A stretch of 57,776 bases of DNA, filler included, from Sphacelaria rigidula (Eukaryota), in assembly GCA_964200075.2 (NCBI GenBank). It is 5 parts of 5 records of this genome, joined end to end, with 100 filler letters (N's around TTAATTAATTAA, not from the genome) between each part and the next. Parts side by side here need not be neighbours in the genome. Positions count along the whole stretch, not along the records: positions 23,155 to 34,629 come from CAXNAA020004882.1; positions 34,730 to 46,203 come from CAXNAA020004883.1; 3 more parts are not named here. One strand, given 5' to 3'. The notes beneath the pieces are model-generated. The model was not told where the DNA came from, made no database searches, and worked only from the letters and a program-made list of their open reading frames with translations. Numbering within the stretch: the stretch's first letter is position 1; each line of letters begins with the position of its first letter. The position numbers and the translations under genes were made by a program. Positions 25,091-37,469 of this stretch are shown here, piece after piece.

Positions 25091-26079
25091 ATACCAAATG
25101 CAAAACTGTCATCCGGCAGTGCGGAAAAGCGTTTCACGGCATGTCTCAGCACATTTTTCTCCGATCGAAAAAATGGGGCAGTGGAATTGATTCGAGCAAA
25201 AATCGCCCATTCTTCTTGAGTTGGGTCTAAACGACTTTTAACCTTTCGACCGAAAAAAAACAGGAATCAGTGAAACGGTACATGGTCACTCGTGTAAAGC
25301 ACAGACAGTCTGTGTTGTCTGCACTGCTTGCAAGCAGGGTGTCTTGAGTGTGCGTGCGTGTTTTGTACAGTAGGATTTTCAAGAGAAGCGGGCAACGTGT
25401 AGTGCAGACGGCCCAGGACTATCAGTTCTCTCTGCTTACAATGCGACGTGAAAAGGACTTCAACAACGTGCGGCTTTGTACTGCCTGCACTGTCCATAGG
25501 CGTAAACGCAACTCGGTTGCCCACCGTACCCCGCAGTTCCGTCGCTGATCCTACCATGAAAGAACATGCACAAGTTTTCGCCAACAAAAATAAAGAAAGC
25601 ATACCCAATTACTGGAGGATATCTATCCCTGTGCTCAACCCATACTCGATGCTGAAGGGTTGCGGTGGTAGCTGAGAATGAGTTGGATGGAGTTTCCATG
25701 GTCCCGTGAACAGGTGTTATCTGGCGTGGTGGTCTGTAACATAGGATTCAAGTGTTGCTTCGTTCCTTTCGACCGCATGTTTTCTATCGAAAAAGCTCAG
25801 TGTGATTGTTTTATAGTTTTTCTCCGCGCGCCACTACATACAAGTTTGAGTCGAAGCCTTTTAAGAACAGAAATGTGGCGGGCCCATCAGATCGAGAAAA
25901 ATAATTCGACCGCACTTCAGACTACATAATAATAACTTCATTCGAACGGATCCAAACACGAAAATCAGGGGGAAGCTGGGCATATATTACTTGTGAAAAC
26001 AAGACGTATCTGCTCCGACAACTTCTGGCCTTTGCGTAAGTTGGGACCAGCTGCTGCACCGTGGAGCGTGCATCGCGTC

Positions 26080-26645
26080 CGGTATTTACCAGGTATATCC
26101 CCGGTATTTACCGGAGTATCCCATACCGTAGTGTGCGTGGGTACCGTAGGTATGAGTTTTGAATGTACCCGATTGAGCGGGTACGATAGGTACTGGTATC
26201 TCAAAATACCGTGGTATCGTAGGTATCTTAGGTATGACATTTGAAAGTACCCGATTGAGCGGGTACGGTAGGTACTGAAATCTCCAAATACCGTGGTATC
26301 GTGGGTATCGTAGGTACGACATACGAAAATACCCGATCGGGCGGGTACGGTAGGTATTGAAATCTCGAAATATCGTGGTATCGCAGGTATCGTAGGTATG
26401 AGTTTTGGAATATCTGATCGAGCGGATACGTTAGGTATTGACATCTCGAAATACCGTGATATCGTGGGTATCGTAGGTGTAACGTAGGTATGAGTCTGAT
26501 CGAGCGGATACTTTAGGTATTGACATCTCGAAATACTGTGATATCGTGGGTATCGTAGGTGTGACATTTTCAAATACCCGATCGGACCGGTACCGGTAGG
26601 GTATGAGATGTCCCAAATACCGGTACCGGGTGCCTACCTCACCTA
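26080..26645. mobile_element. Element end with ~82-bp subterminal tandem repeats, copy B
   Basis: Units at 26175, 26257, 26339, 26420 and 26502. Confidence 0.75.
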
Positions 26646-26654
26646 CGGCGCCTG

Positions 26655-27120
26655 TGGAAACAACATGTTCTAGTGATTGATATCATTAACAGAAGGTGGT
26701 GGAACATGTACGTATGATTCACGTTGCATAAATGAAAAGTAGGAAACATGTACATTTGATCCATCTCTTATGAATGGAAGGTGGGAAAGATGTACGTGTG
26801 ATTCATGCTGCATGAATGGAAATTGAGAAACAGGTACCCTTGATTCACCTCGTGCAAATGGAGGTGGGAAACATGTACCGACATTTCACTTTGCATGGAT
26901 GGAAATTGAGTACGACCCGTATGTACGCTTGATTCACCTTGCATGAACGGAAGGTGAGGAACGCGCGCCTGTGATTCATGCGGCATAAATGGAAATTGGG
27001 AAATGTGTACCCATTATTCATACCTTACGAATGGAAGGTAGAAGGTATGTACCTTCGACGGTGTAACGCACGAATCACGAACTGAGAATGTGTACACTCC
27101 AAGTAGTTTCGTACGAATCA
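26655..27120 (+). repeat. 42-bp tandem repeat family, copy B (~9 units)
   Basis: aatg(g/a)a motif at 26731, 26773, 26815, 26857 and onward. Confidence 0.75.
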
Positions 27121-27213
27121 TGAGAACCCCAACAGTGAATCTTATGATTGATTCGTCCAAATGTTGAATATGAGTCGAATCACGATTTTATTCATCCGAA
27201 CCGTGCTTGGTTT

Positions 27214-28501
27214 CAAGGGTAGGTCGAGTTGAGTACATACTTTGGAGTACTCGAGTAAAATACGCAAGTTTTTACTCTACTCGACGGTTGAGTAGGTCGA
27301 GTACGACCTCAAATACTCTTCTCAAATATTGAGTAAGCAATCTCAGTAATACTTGAGTATAGAGTATCACTTGAGTATGGCCTCAATACTCTACTCAAAT
27401 TTCGAGTAAGTCGAGTACTGCCTCAAATACTTTACTCAAATTTTGAGTACGTTGAGTACGACCTCAAATACTCTACTCAAAATTTGAGTAAGTACTCTCA
27501 GTAATACTTGAGTATCGCGTATCACTTGAGTATGCCCTCAATACTCTACTCAAATTTTGAGTAGGTTGAGTATGGTCTCAAATACTCTCGTACTCAATTT
27601 TTTTGAGTAGATTGAGTACGGTCTCAAATACTCTACTCAATTTTTGAGTAGATCGTGTACGACCTCAAATGCTCTTCTCAAATATTGACTCAGCACTCTC
27701 AGCAATACTTGAGTATAGAGTACCCCTTGGGTATGGTGAGTATCCCCGACAGTCGGCGACTTCGTGACGTCACTTCACAGACTATGTTGACTACGTGGGC
27801 GAACGATGGCCATCAAGTAGATGGGCGGCACAGCCAACAAGGAGTATGAACGAATGATGGCCATAAAAAAATCAAAAAGCGCGTATGACCCTTCGACAAT
27901 GACCCAATGATCATGGGTGGGCAACTCTAGGAATACCTCGGTATCTCCTCTACCCGTGTTCGAGTATCGTGCGTACGAACTTAAATATTGAAGTTGAAGT
28001 TATAGGTTTTCGGTACATCGGATCCGGCCTGAGATACTCTACTCAACTTTTGAGTAGGTCGATTACGGCCTCCAATACACTACTCAAATTTCGAGTAGAT
28101 CGAGTACGACCTCAAATACTCTACTCAAATATTGAGTCTCAGTAATACTTGAGTATAGAGTATCACTTGAGTATGGTTTCAATACTCTACTCAAATTTCG
28201 AGCAGTTCGAGTACGGCCTCAAATACTCTACTCAATTTTTGAGTAGGTTGAGTATGGTCTCAAATACTCTACTCGAATTTTGAGTACGTTGAGCACAACC
28301 TCAAATACTCTACTCAAAATTTGAGTAAGTTCTCTAAGTAATACCTGAGTATAGAGTATCGCTTGGGTATGCCGTCAATACTCTACTCAAATTTGAGTAG
28401 GTTGAGTATGGACTCAAACACTATACTCAAATTTTGAGAATTAAAAGTATGACTCTTCAAAAATACTGAGTATTGGGTATACTCTACTCGACCTACCCTT
28501 G
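27214..28501 (-). mobile_element. hAT-like non-autonomous element with internal ~41-bp TACTC/GAGTA repeats
   Basis: TIR CAAGGGTAGGTCGAGT... / ...ACTCGACCTACCCTTG; perfect 8-bp TSD CTTGGTTT (27206-27213 and 28502-28509); opposite orientation to 51376-52506. Confidence 0.88.
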
Positions 28502-30429
28502 CTTGGTTTTACTGTTATGCCCGTGAATGAAGGCCTGACCGACCAAAAATCTGTAGCCCATAAAAAATAAAATGAACGCGGAGGGATATTGGAGGCGTAT
28601 TGAAGACGTCTTAGTCTGTTCGGACCTGTGCCGAACCTCTGGCAAACATAACACACGCTCCATCCCAACTTACCTAGGTGTAGTATGCGACAGCTGTAAG
28701 TTTGCATCGCGTAGTTCTCGAGACAGGAAGCAAACCGACCTATGGCACTTCACAGCCCCCCGCATACACACTACACCTATTGAGTGTGGCGGCGGATTTA
28801 CTCACTTCGCCACAGCGGATCCGAAAAGCCCCAGAACGTTGAAGGAAACGCGTTTTCAGTACATTTCGTGCTCGGTGCAGCGGTTTGTAAAGTGCTGCGG
28901 CCTCCGTGGCACGCGTTACGGAAACCTGCTGCCACACTCAATAGTTCTGGTCTGCGGGAAGCGCAAGCATCGAACCGCAGTCCAATCCTCTGCGTTGTTG
29001 CGGAGAGAGTTGCGTTGAAATATATGCACAACATGCTGCAACAAGTGGGGCACAGCAATAACACGAGCAGCAGCTTCCATCCTCCTGTTGTTGTAACCCT
29101 GTGTAGAGGTGTACAGCAACGTCAGTCACAGGGGTGTTGTAGTATGTACTGTAGCAATAGCACATTTTGTATGAGCGCCGTCGTCATTTCGAGTGACGCG
29201 TGTACTTGTGATTATACTGATTGGCTTATTTAGGTTTCATTTATCCTGCTTTCAACTGACTGTAGAGTTGGTCGGCCCATTTTCCCGGTATATAGTGCCC
29301 GAAATCGGGCCTCATTCACGGGCGTAAGTGTACTGCCTCGGGCCGTGTCCTGGACCGACTCAAATGGGAGCCGTTCAAAATTTCTGTTCAAAACTGCCTT
29401 TTTGGCCCCTCTTCGCCGTTTTACGCCTGAAAAGAGGGCTAGGCGGATGTTGATACCTTGGAACCACTTGCTCCACTCAATGAGACTGTTCCAGGACAAC
29501 TTTGCATGGATTTTCAATGAAAGACGGTCAAACAATGAAAAAACAGCGGGAAATTTTGATCACCTTACCGTGATTTACTGAAAATCCGAGGGGTCTACAC
29601 GTTACACGTGCCACAGCGTTTCACGTTACGTTTCGGCCAAAACGTAACGTGAACGTAACGTTAAGATTTCAAATGAAACGTTAACGTAACGTTATTTTTT
29701 TAACGTGACATACGTAACGTAACGTGAACGTTTCATTACCCAAACGTTCAAATCACGTAACATGAAACGTTCCATGTTACGTGAAATGTCACGTTACACG
29801 TTACCTGAAACGTCGTGAACACGTCACATACAGTGGTGAGACTTCAAGTTTGCAATGAATTAAAAAATCCTGGAAGATGGTGCTTCAATAAACGCGAGTG
29901 AGTTTATGTGACTACGGTATAGTTATGGTACTATTGCAAAAAAATCGCGCTCTCCCCACCACACGTCACAATCATAAAATCATGCTCATCTCGACCACAT
30001 TCAAGGTTACGTCTTATGTATGAAAAACACGTGGTCAGAAAAGCCGTTTCTCAACAGCGCGATTTTCCACATAATTTTTCAAAGTAGCCTTCCTCACGTA
30101 ATCGACGCGCTGTCAAAATTGGAAACGCAGTGCTCATCGTTTCCTATGAGGTGTGCAGGCATAATTTCAAATTCTGGGGCACGCGAGATAGACGCAGTAC
30201 TCTGCTGTCGTGTCGTGGTGTACGGTCCGTACTGGCTGTCTGTACTACTGTTGTGATACATCGCCTGAGCAATACATGGTGGGCTGCGTGACGGAAGACG
30301 ATCAGTACAAACACCGCCTTGCTGTACTAATAACTGACGGTAGAAGTGACGGTCGTGCTTCCACTGCACGGTAGTACTTGACTGAAAGAAAAACACGGAC
30401 AAGAGTATACACAACAGTTGGCTGTAAAC

Positions 30430-30694
30430 TTTTTCGTGAGATTGAGGGTAGAGCGCTGATTTTGAGTGGCTTTATTCATGCGCTTCAACGCGGCCAATTA
30501 TTCATTCCGTGTGCACTTTTGAACCCCTCCATCACTGACGTGTGCTACTCAAGGATATCAAGGGCCTCATTGGCAAGCTACTACAGGAAGCATATTGGGT
30601 CTCGTGGAGGGGTATTTCGGAACTGAAATGGCTGATTCACTAATTGACCACTTTTCACTCTCAATCGTATCCTCTACTCTCAATCTCACAAAAA
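30430..30694. mobile_element. ~270-bp MITE nested in the hAT-like element
   Basis: tttttcgtgagattgagggtagag ... ctctactctcaatctcacaaaaa; homologue of 20869-21141. Confidence 0.7.
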
Positions 30695-30707
30695 CCTTGT
30701 TTGTAGT

Positions 30708-31302
30708 GCTTGGCTGCCATCATCACTGCTGTCGCTGGTCTCGCGGGCAGTCAGCGTTTTGCTTTTTTGACCTTCGCTTGCCAGTAGCGTGATGGACCTT
30801 ACCCCTTACCCCCATGAGAACAAAACAGGGCAGGGTCCATGACGAGTGCTGTCAGACACTCTGTATGTAGGTTGGTTGCGCAGCAATGTAGCGCAGTTCA
30901 TGTTTGCATGCAGCGTGTTGCAAACAGCACTCGAATACAGTACAGACTGCTCAGGCTCCCAAGCCCTGTAGATACTACAGCAGTAGCACTACTGCTTATA
31001 CTGTGGTCATGTGTGTATGGTCAGTGCGGTCCTGTCTCTACAAGTCTTGGGTACGTGGGCAGTCTGTACTGCATCGCGAGTGCTGTTCGCATCACGCTGC
31101 ATGCACAGACCTGAAACGAGAGCTACAATACTGTCTGTGCAGACTACATACAGAGTGTTTGTACAGCACTCGTCATCGACCCTGCCCTGTGCTGTTCTCA
31201 TGGGGTAAAGAGCTATCATGATACTGGCCAGCGAAGGACAATAAAGCCAACACGCTGGCTACCCGCGAGCACCAGCGACAGCAGTGGTGATGGCAGCCAA
31301 GC
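30708..31302. repeat. Long imperfect inverted repeat (~225-bp arms)
   Basis: gcttggctgccatcatcactgctgtcgctggt... pairs with ...accagcgacagcagtggtgatggcagccaagc. Confidence 0.78.
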
Positions 31303-32183
31303 CACCCATGGCTGCTGTCGTGGGCTGGAGGGTGTGCTGGCGTGCGGCGGGATTTCAAACGCGTTTTCTGATCACATGAGAAGTAGCCAACGGGTCACCC
31401 TCAGCGTCACGTACACGTTAACATCAGGCGTTAAACGGCACATTACAACGTCTCAAACACTGGCGAATGAGCCGCGACATGCACAGAATGAAACGTTACA
31501 TTCGAACGTTACACGGGTCAACGTAACGTAATATTAGACGTTACACGTGACATTGAAACGTTTCATATTACGTTACATGTAACGAAACGTAACGTTAATT
31601 GTTTTTCGTGATGAACGTAACGTGAACGTGAACGTGTAACGTATAGACCCCTGGAAGATCCGTGCTGGGCCTGATTTGGCCAAAAACAAAAGTGCGGCCA
31701 GCGGGAAATGGAAAGTTACATCAGAACGGTCTAAACGAGTAGAGCAAGCCATTCCAACGCGTCAACATCCGCCTATCTCTCTTTTCGGGCGTAAATCGAC
31801 GGAGAAGGGCCCAAAAGGCAGTTCTCGATCGAAAAAGTGCGGTGGGGAACAAAAATGCTAATTTGATCAGCCGTGGTTTCAACCATCTATAACATCAACC
31901 ATGATGGTTGAAATTACGAAATTACGACCTATCAGGTCGAGATTTCTGTTTTCCACCGAACAATATCGATCGACGACTATAATAGTGTGCAAAATAAGAC
32001 ACATCCTCATTCGCCAATTTTCTCATACCATGAAACAGACCTTCTGCATTTGTCGCTTCACATGTAGTGCAACGAAGGCGGTAAGCACGAGAGTATTGAA
32101 AAGAACCAGGGTCTACATCACTGCCTTCTGCAGAAGGGGTTGGTGAAGTGGATGTCATCGCTCTCTGCATACCGCACGCTCAC

Positions 32184-32592
32184 CCGTGACTGGACGCTCT
32201 GGCCGGGTCCACTCTTCGGAAGGCGATTTCGACAACGGGTGTCCAGCTTCCACGACCCGACTAAGAGACTCCAGCTGTTGTTGTTGCCCGGCCCCAGCCC
32301 CGCGACCAATTTCCACAAGCTGGCCCCCCTTCCGTGGGATCGTCACACCTGATTCGGCTGGCTCCGGCTCAGCTGTATCACCATTCCGTAACACGTACAT
32401 CTTGACAGCGCTAGAAGCATAGTACTGGAAAACTACCAGGGCGAGTCCGATGGCCAACACCAACAGCAGAGACACTCTGCCTGATGACTCTCGGAGTAAG
32501 TGGCTGTTGCTCGTCGACAAGGATCCATACCGCCTCCTTGCCCGTTCCGACGCCGGATGCAAACGACCTCCACGCCGCCTCCATGGGCTCAT
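32184..32592 (-). CDS. First exon of a type II membrane protein (Golgi glycosyltransferase/sulfotransferase-like topology)
   Basis: ATG, a basic N-terminal tail, one hydrophobic helix (VSLLLVLAIGLALVVFQYYA), a low-complexity stem, and donor G|GTGAGC at 32183. Confidence 0.6.
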
Positions 32593-32649
32593 GGCCTACA
32601 ACAGCGATGACGACAACAACTGTGAAGACGGAGAGCATACCTTTGCGGC

Positions 32650-32739
32650 AAACGTGTCGCGTGCTCGAAACGTGTTGCGTGCTCGAAACGTGTTGCGTGC
32701 TCGAAACGTGTTGCGTGCTAGAAACGTGTTGCGTGCTCG
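32650..32739 (+). repeat. 18-bp minisatellite (cgtgctcgaaacgtgttg) x~5 just upstream of the ATG at 32592
   Basis: Read directly from the sequence. Confidence 0.9.
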
Positions 32740-34447
32740 TTTTTTGCGACATCTCGAATTATTATTACATTACACTTGTGACCTCACATGATACTAGGCT
32801 GTGACCGGTTATAACAAACCAAGTTAGTCGCGGTTGCTGTTGGTCCCACAGCTTTTATTACCTATTCTCTCACATAAAAAATTCGAACCCCTCACTTGAT
32901 GAAACCACGCCCTGGATACTTCGTACCCCTCACCGCTCCGTCTCAACCGTCTACTGCTGAAGGTGCCTTGCGATCAGTGTACATGAAGGGTCCCTGGATC
33001 GTTTGGTGGTTGACCCTAGACTCGAACTTCATCTGGAGATGTCTACCCAGGTGCTGCTGCTACTGTACGCTACTGTGTACAGCAGTGTGCTATACTGGAC
33101 CGATCTTATTCTCTGTACCGACAGTTATACCAAGAGGCCCTTCGTAACCTGAAGCATGAAAGTGTGGATATTCCTTGATGAGCTGTGAGATCAAGTGCCC
33201 CAATGCATACGATGCGCTGTACAGTACCGTACGAGTGCTATATACGTGGGGCGGAGAGACAGAGCACGATCGATACTATAGTATTAGTATTACGCAGTCT
33301 CGTTTTGAATCGTACGCCAAGAACGAACGTCGGTCCTACGAACTGCCAGGAACATTGCACCTTACTAAGACAGCAGAAGGAGTCCCTTGCCAGGAAGTAG
33401 TCGTGGATGATGGACGGAGGTGGAATAGCCGCGGCTTGGCCCAAAATCGACACTCCTGGTCATGTTTTTGTTCCGAAATATGCGGCCAAATTCAGGTGCA
33501 AAGGTGACGGTGTATAAGACCCTCCCTGGGGCACAGTTTCGGCGCATGTCTGGGTAGAAAGGTATTCATTGCACTTCTGGGAGACTCCGCCCATCGTCAA
33601 ATATTCTCGAAGGTAAGATATTTACGAGTTTACTTCTAGCGGCGTAGCTGCGGCAATTACCTCCCTCCGTGACAAAAAACGAGAAAAAGGTATATACCTT
33701 TTTCAGTCATCACGGCTACATGTGATTACGGTCGACCGATCAACGTCGGAGTGCTTCTGCTGCCTTGCTTCTCTGCTGGCCGCCGTCCTGCCCTGTGTTG
33801 GAGCTAAGAGGTGATATTTTGAAGCATGTCAGAGCTTTGTAAAATACTATAATAGCGCAACGTCGTACTGCTGGCTATTCCTCTCTCAAATCATTCGGTC
33901 GCTTCCCACACGGAACGGCTGCGGTAATGCATAACGGATGTCCCAACCCAGCACTTCCGTCTGAGCGGAGTTGAAATCCCCAGGCAATTGGTGTTTAAAT
34001 CTTACCCTTCTCAAGAGAAGAGTACCGCGTATTCCAAATATTCCCTCGATTAGAGAATACCGATGACTTCAGGTCCGTGCTGGCGCAACTCCTGAGAAAT
34101 CGAATTGGACCATGACTCCTGGGGGTGGTATACCCCGTCACTTTCGACATTATCTGTTATCCTCGGTGCTTGTCCTGTTCTACTGTTGTGCACTGTTATC
34201 CTGTGTCCTGTGCCTATTTGACTTGTACTGTAATCACGGTAATGAAATGTGCGACAGTAATGCTCTACAATCAGAGATGCTGGGACCGTGTCCTATCGAG
34301 ACCAAAAACAGAAGCGAGAGAAGGAACAAGCATCCAAAAGGAAGATATGGATGAGTCGCTACAACCATAGACTCGCCCGACCCCAATCAACATGCTCCTC
34401 TTCACTCTTACTCTTTTCCCGCGTCTTGTTTCGGTCTCGATAAGGCC

Positions 34448-34629
34448 GGTCGCCCCGGTGGCTCAGTTGGTAACCTCGAAACCCTCTGATGGTTGGGTCC
34501 TTGGCTCAGTTCCCAGAGCGATCTGGGATTTTTTCTCGCCCCATGCCCAACAGTGGAGAGCGACTATGTCGTGGGTACACAAAATACGAGTTAACGATCG
34601 ACAAGGGAAAGAGACTGCTGAACCCCTCT
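34448..34629 (+). mobile_element. tRNA-derived SINE copy, truncated by the contig end
   Basis: gtcgccccggtggctcagttggtaacctcg... plus body gatctgggatttt...catgcccaacagtggagagcgact, shared with 3810-4199. Confidence 0.75.
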
Positions 34630-34729
34630 NNNNNNNNNNNNNNNNNNNNNNNNNNNNNNNNNNNNNNNNNNNNTTAATTAATTAANNNNNNNNNNNNNNN
34701 NNNNNNNNNNNNNNNNNNNNNNNNNNNNN
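34630..34729. other. Artificial contig linker
   Basis: N44-TTAATTAATTAA-N44. Confidence 0.98.
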
Positions 34730-34815
34730 CTTCGGTCCTGCTAGGGCCTGCCGGGGCTGCGGGGGGGGGGGGGGGGGGGGGGTGGGGGGGGGGGTTGGAG
34801 CGCAGGGTAACTCAC

Positions 34816-34887
34816 CTTTAGAGTCTGAAGTGTGTGTCCTTTGGCATCAGCGGCCATAACGTTTGACACGAAAACAGCGAAACGATC
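34816..34887 (-). CDS. Internal exon (third seen) of a hypothetical protein
   Basis: ctcag|GAT...AAG|gtgagt, 72 nt, phase 0/0, reading DRFAVFVSNVMAADAKGHTLQTLK; joins in frame to 36932-37066. Confidence 0.75.
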
Positions 34888-35055
34888 CTGAGCGCACGAT
34901 TGGCAGAGGGATTTTCATTTAAACGCAAGCAGCGGAAAAAATCGCAGTGAGGGGCGATATTTTCTGAAGGTGAACGCACGCGTTCCTTTTCACCGGCAAA
35001 AGCATGATTGCTGGCAGAGGGGGCAGCAAACAAAATCGTACTACTGCTCCAAGGA

Positions 35056-35484
35056 ACACGGCATTTTACAAATTCGGAACGGATTTTTTTATTGGAGATG
35101 AGAACCCGGAGAATTAAAATCTTCACATCCTCACCAAATCTTCGAAATATGGTTCCATTTCTTCACTTGCTGGTAGCTATTGACAACTTCTGCACGCCCT
35201 ACGAACTTGGATTTCGATAACCGAAATGTTGGGGTCCTAGAGCAAAACCAATTTTGGGGTCCGATCGGATCACCTACATTCCCCCAAATCGGCTTTTGAC
35301 CCAGGACCCCTACACTTTGGTTATCGAAATCCAAATTCGTATAGCGTGTTGTAGTTGTCAATAGCGACCAGCAAGTGAAGAAATGAAACCATATTTCGAA
35401 GATTTGGTGTGGATACGGAGATTTTAATTCTCCGGGTTCTCATTCCCAATAAAAAGTCCATCCCCAATTTGTAAAATCCCGTGT
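35056..35484. mobile_element. Foldback MITE (~205-bp arms) inside an intron
   Basis: ACACGG...CCGTGT termini; arms clearly homologous (e.g. gagaacccggagaattaaaatc / gattttaattctccgggttctc); ~20-nt loop. Confidence 0.85.
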
Positions 35485-36931
35485 CATGAGGAAATACGAC
35501 AAATCAACGAGGACGGCGCTAGGGTGCACGGCCGCTATTCCTGCCAAGAAGCAATGCACGGGGGAATGGAAAACGTCGCTCGTTCAGCCTTCGCAGTCGT
35601 GGTGGCCAAGGGCCATCTTCGGCGACAAGAGCGCCGGGCTGTGACCGTATTCATGTTACCCCGAGTATTCTCTGTTCATCCTCTCGCACAGTGATATCGC
35701 TGTGGATTATGGCATGACCAAGTCCACCATTGGCGAGTGACTCTGGAGGTGTTGTACCTCTCGCGGTCGAATGTCGGTTTAACAACTATTAGGTAAGGGG
35801 TATGATCAATCTGTCGTCTTTTTTCTCTCCCCAAAATCTCCGCTATTTTCAACGGGGGGGGGGGGGGGGAGCTCCGAAAAATGTGAGAGAATATTTCTGA
35901 ATCAGTTCAGGCAACAGAGCCAGCTCAAGACTGACGACACGATTCTCCGGAAAAAAACTATAACTGTTTTCGGCATCGGAAAAAAATACATATCCAGGAA
36001 TAAGTGAAGACAAGATATGTTAAAATGATGGCCAGGTAACTAGATCCCGAATAGAGCACGAGAAACAAGCACCGGCCATTCAGCTCAATCACTAATTCCA
36101 CTCGTTCTTATTCACCAAAATTTTGCGTGACCCAAAAGCCTTACCGCCGGCTAGCGGCGCCTGATCCCCCGTCGCCCCGCAGCAACACTTTTTCTTGGCA
36201 TTGCGATTGTATCTAACGTGAATTCCCAGCTCTCCGAGGGCTCATGGTCTACATCGCGATGAGGTCAAGGTCTGGGTTAGTATTGGCATTGGGTTGGTGG
36301 GATGATTAACAGTGGGCACGAGGCATCACTTCGCACTGATACTTACGGGCCCGACAAAAAAATCGGACCCGTTTGTAACGCGTGAAAATATCAGGGATAG
36401 ACTTTGGCATAGACTATCCAGGCAATGCTCAGTGACACAGCGCAACTAGCATGTGTCCTTTGGTGCTTATGCGGAGCAACCGTTGTCGGTTGAAACGTCG
36501 AATATAGGAATTTTCTTGAGCATGTCTAGAACAAGTACACTGTAGATCGATCTGAGTCACGGTCCAGTGCGATCGAGAATCTTCGATGGGATTAAGAACA
36601 CGAACTCTTGAGAAGACGAGCACATCGCGAGCCCTACTCTTTCACTCTTTACTTCTCCAACTTCTCAGCTGGACGTCGACAGTCCATCGTACTCTACAAG
36701 TCTGTGTTGGCCATAAGTGCCCATTCAACCTCAAGTCTTTCTTCTTGCACAGTTGAGCCACAGCTCGCGCGGCAGCTCAACATCTGCCAGCGTCAGTCTA
36801 CGGTAGCCACTTGTGGGTGTACAGCAACACATCCATAACAGAAAATAGTGATTTCTGGTCATTCGGTCGCAAATAAAGAGCACGCACTGTATCTGCGCCA
36901 TCGCACTTTGCTTTAACCCTCGGCCTCTCAC

Positions 36932-37066
36932 CATAAACGCTGCAGAGATCTCGTGCGCCCGCGGCGCCTTTTGCGGCCAGTTGGCCTGCTCAAGGGTGAG
37001 GTAGACGAGCGCTATCCAAATCGATCGTAGCTCCACCTCATCCGGAAATAAGTCTCGCCCAGCCGT
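36932..37066 (-). CDS. Internal exon (second seen) of a hypothetical protein
   Basis: ttcttcgcag|ACG...ATG|gtgaga, 135 nt, phase 0/0, reading TAGRDLFPDEVELRSIWIALVYLTLEQANWPQKAPRAHEISAAFM. Confidence 0.8.
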
Positions 37067-37469
37067 CTGCGAAGAAAAACCAAATGTGTATGTATATATA
37101 TATGTATATCCATCCACACAGCATTCAAAACGCGTTTGGGGTAGTAAACGAAAAACAGACACGTTAAGACCCTCGAGACGAGGGTGTACTTTTTAAATTC
37201 GGAACCATAATGGAGAGAAGAAGCATTCGGTCGTCAAGTTTCTTCTCATACTTTCGATGCTATTTAGTAAGGATGGACATGGCAAGCGATTCCGTCAAGT
37301 TTTGAAAAAAAACATGCAGACCTTGAGGTGAAACCCACAGTAACGCTCACCACATGGAGTTTTCCAGGAAATTTTGACAACACAACACTGAACGAGTATC
37401 ACCCTCACCCATGATGGCTAGCATCAGGCCACCGGAAGCACGGTGCTACAGGCTGGTTCATAATAAAAG

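Larger units (their letters stand above)
29588..31653. mobile_element. hAT-like non-autonomous element with AACGT/GTTAC subterminal repeats and nested insertions
   Basis: TIR (g)aggggtctacacgttacacgt / acgtgtaacgtatagacccctg; 8-bp TSD GAAAATCC / GAAGATCC (7/8 match). Confidence 0.82.

Noticed and set aside
25965-26573. 202-aa ORF (also 24637-25152 and overlapping ORFs)
   Set aside because: These are translations of the 82-bp tandem repeat, open in several frames.
32411-32804. Repetitive ORFs (STQHVS, RARNVL, VLETCC repeats)
   Set aside because: Artefacts of the 18-bp minisatellite.
33900-34110. LINE endonuclease GDFN motif on the minus strand
   Set aside because: Only four residues match, and no other APE motifs were recognised.
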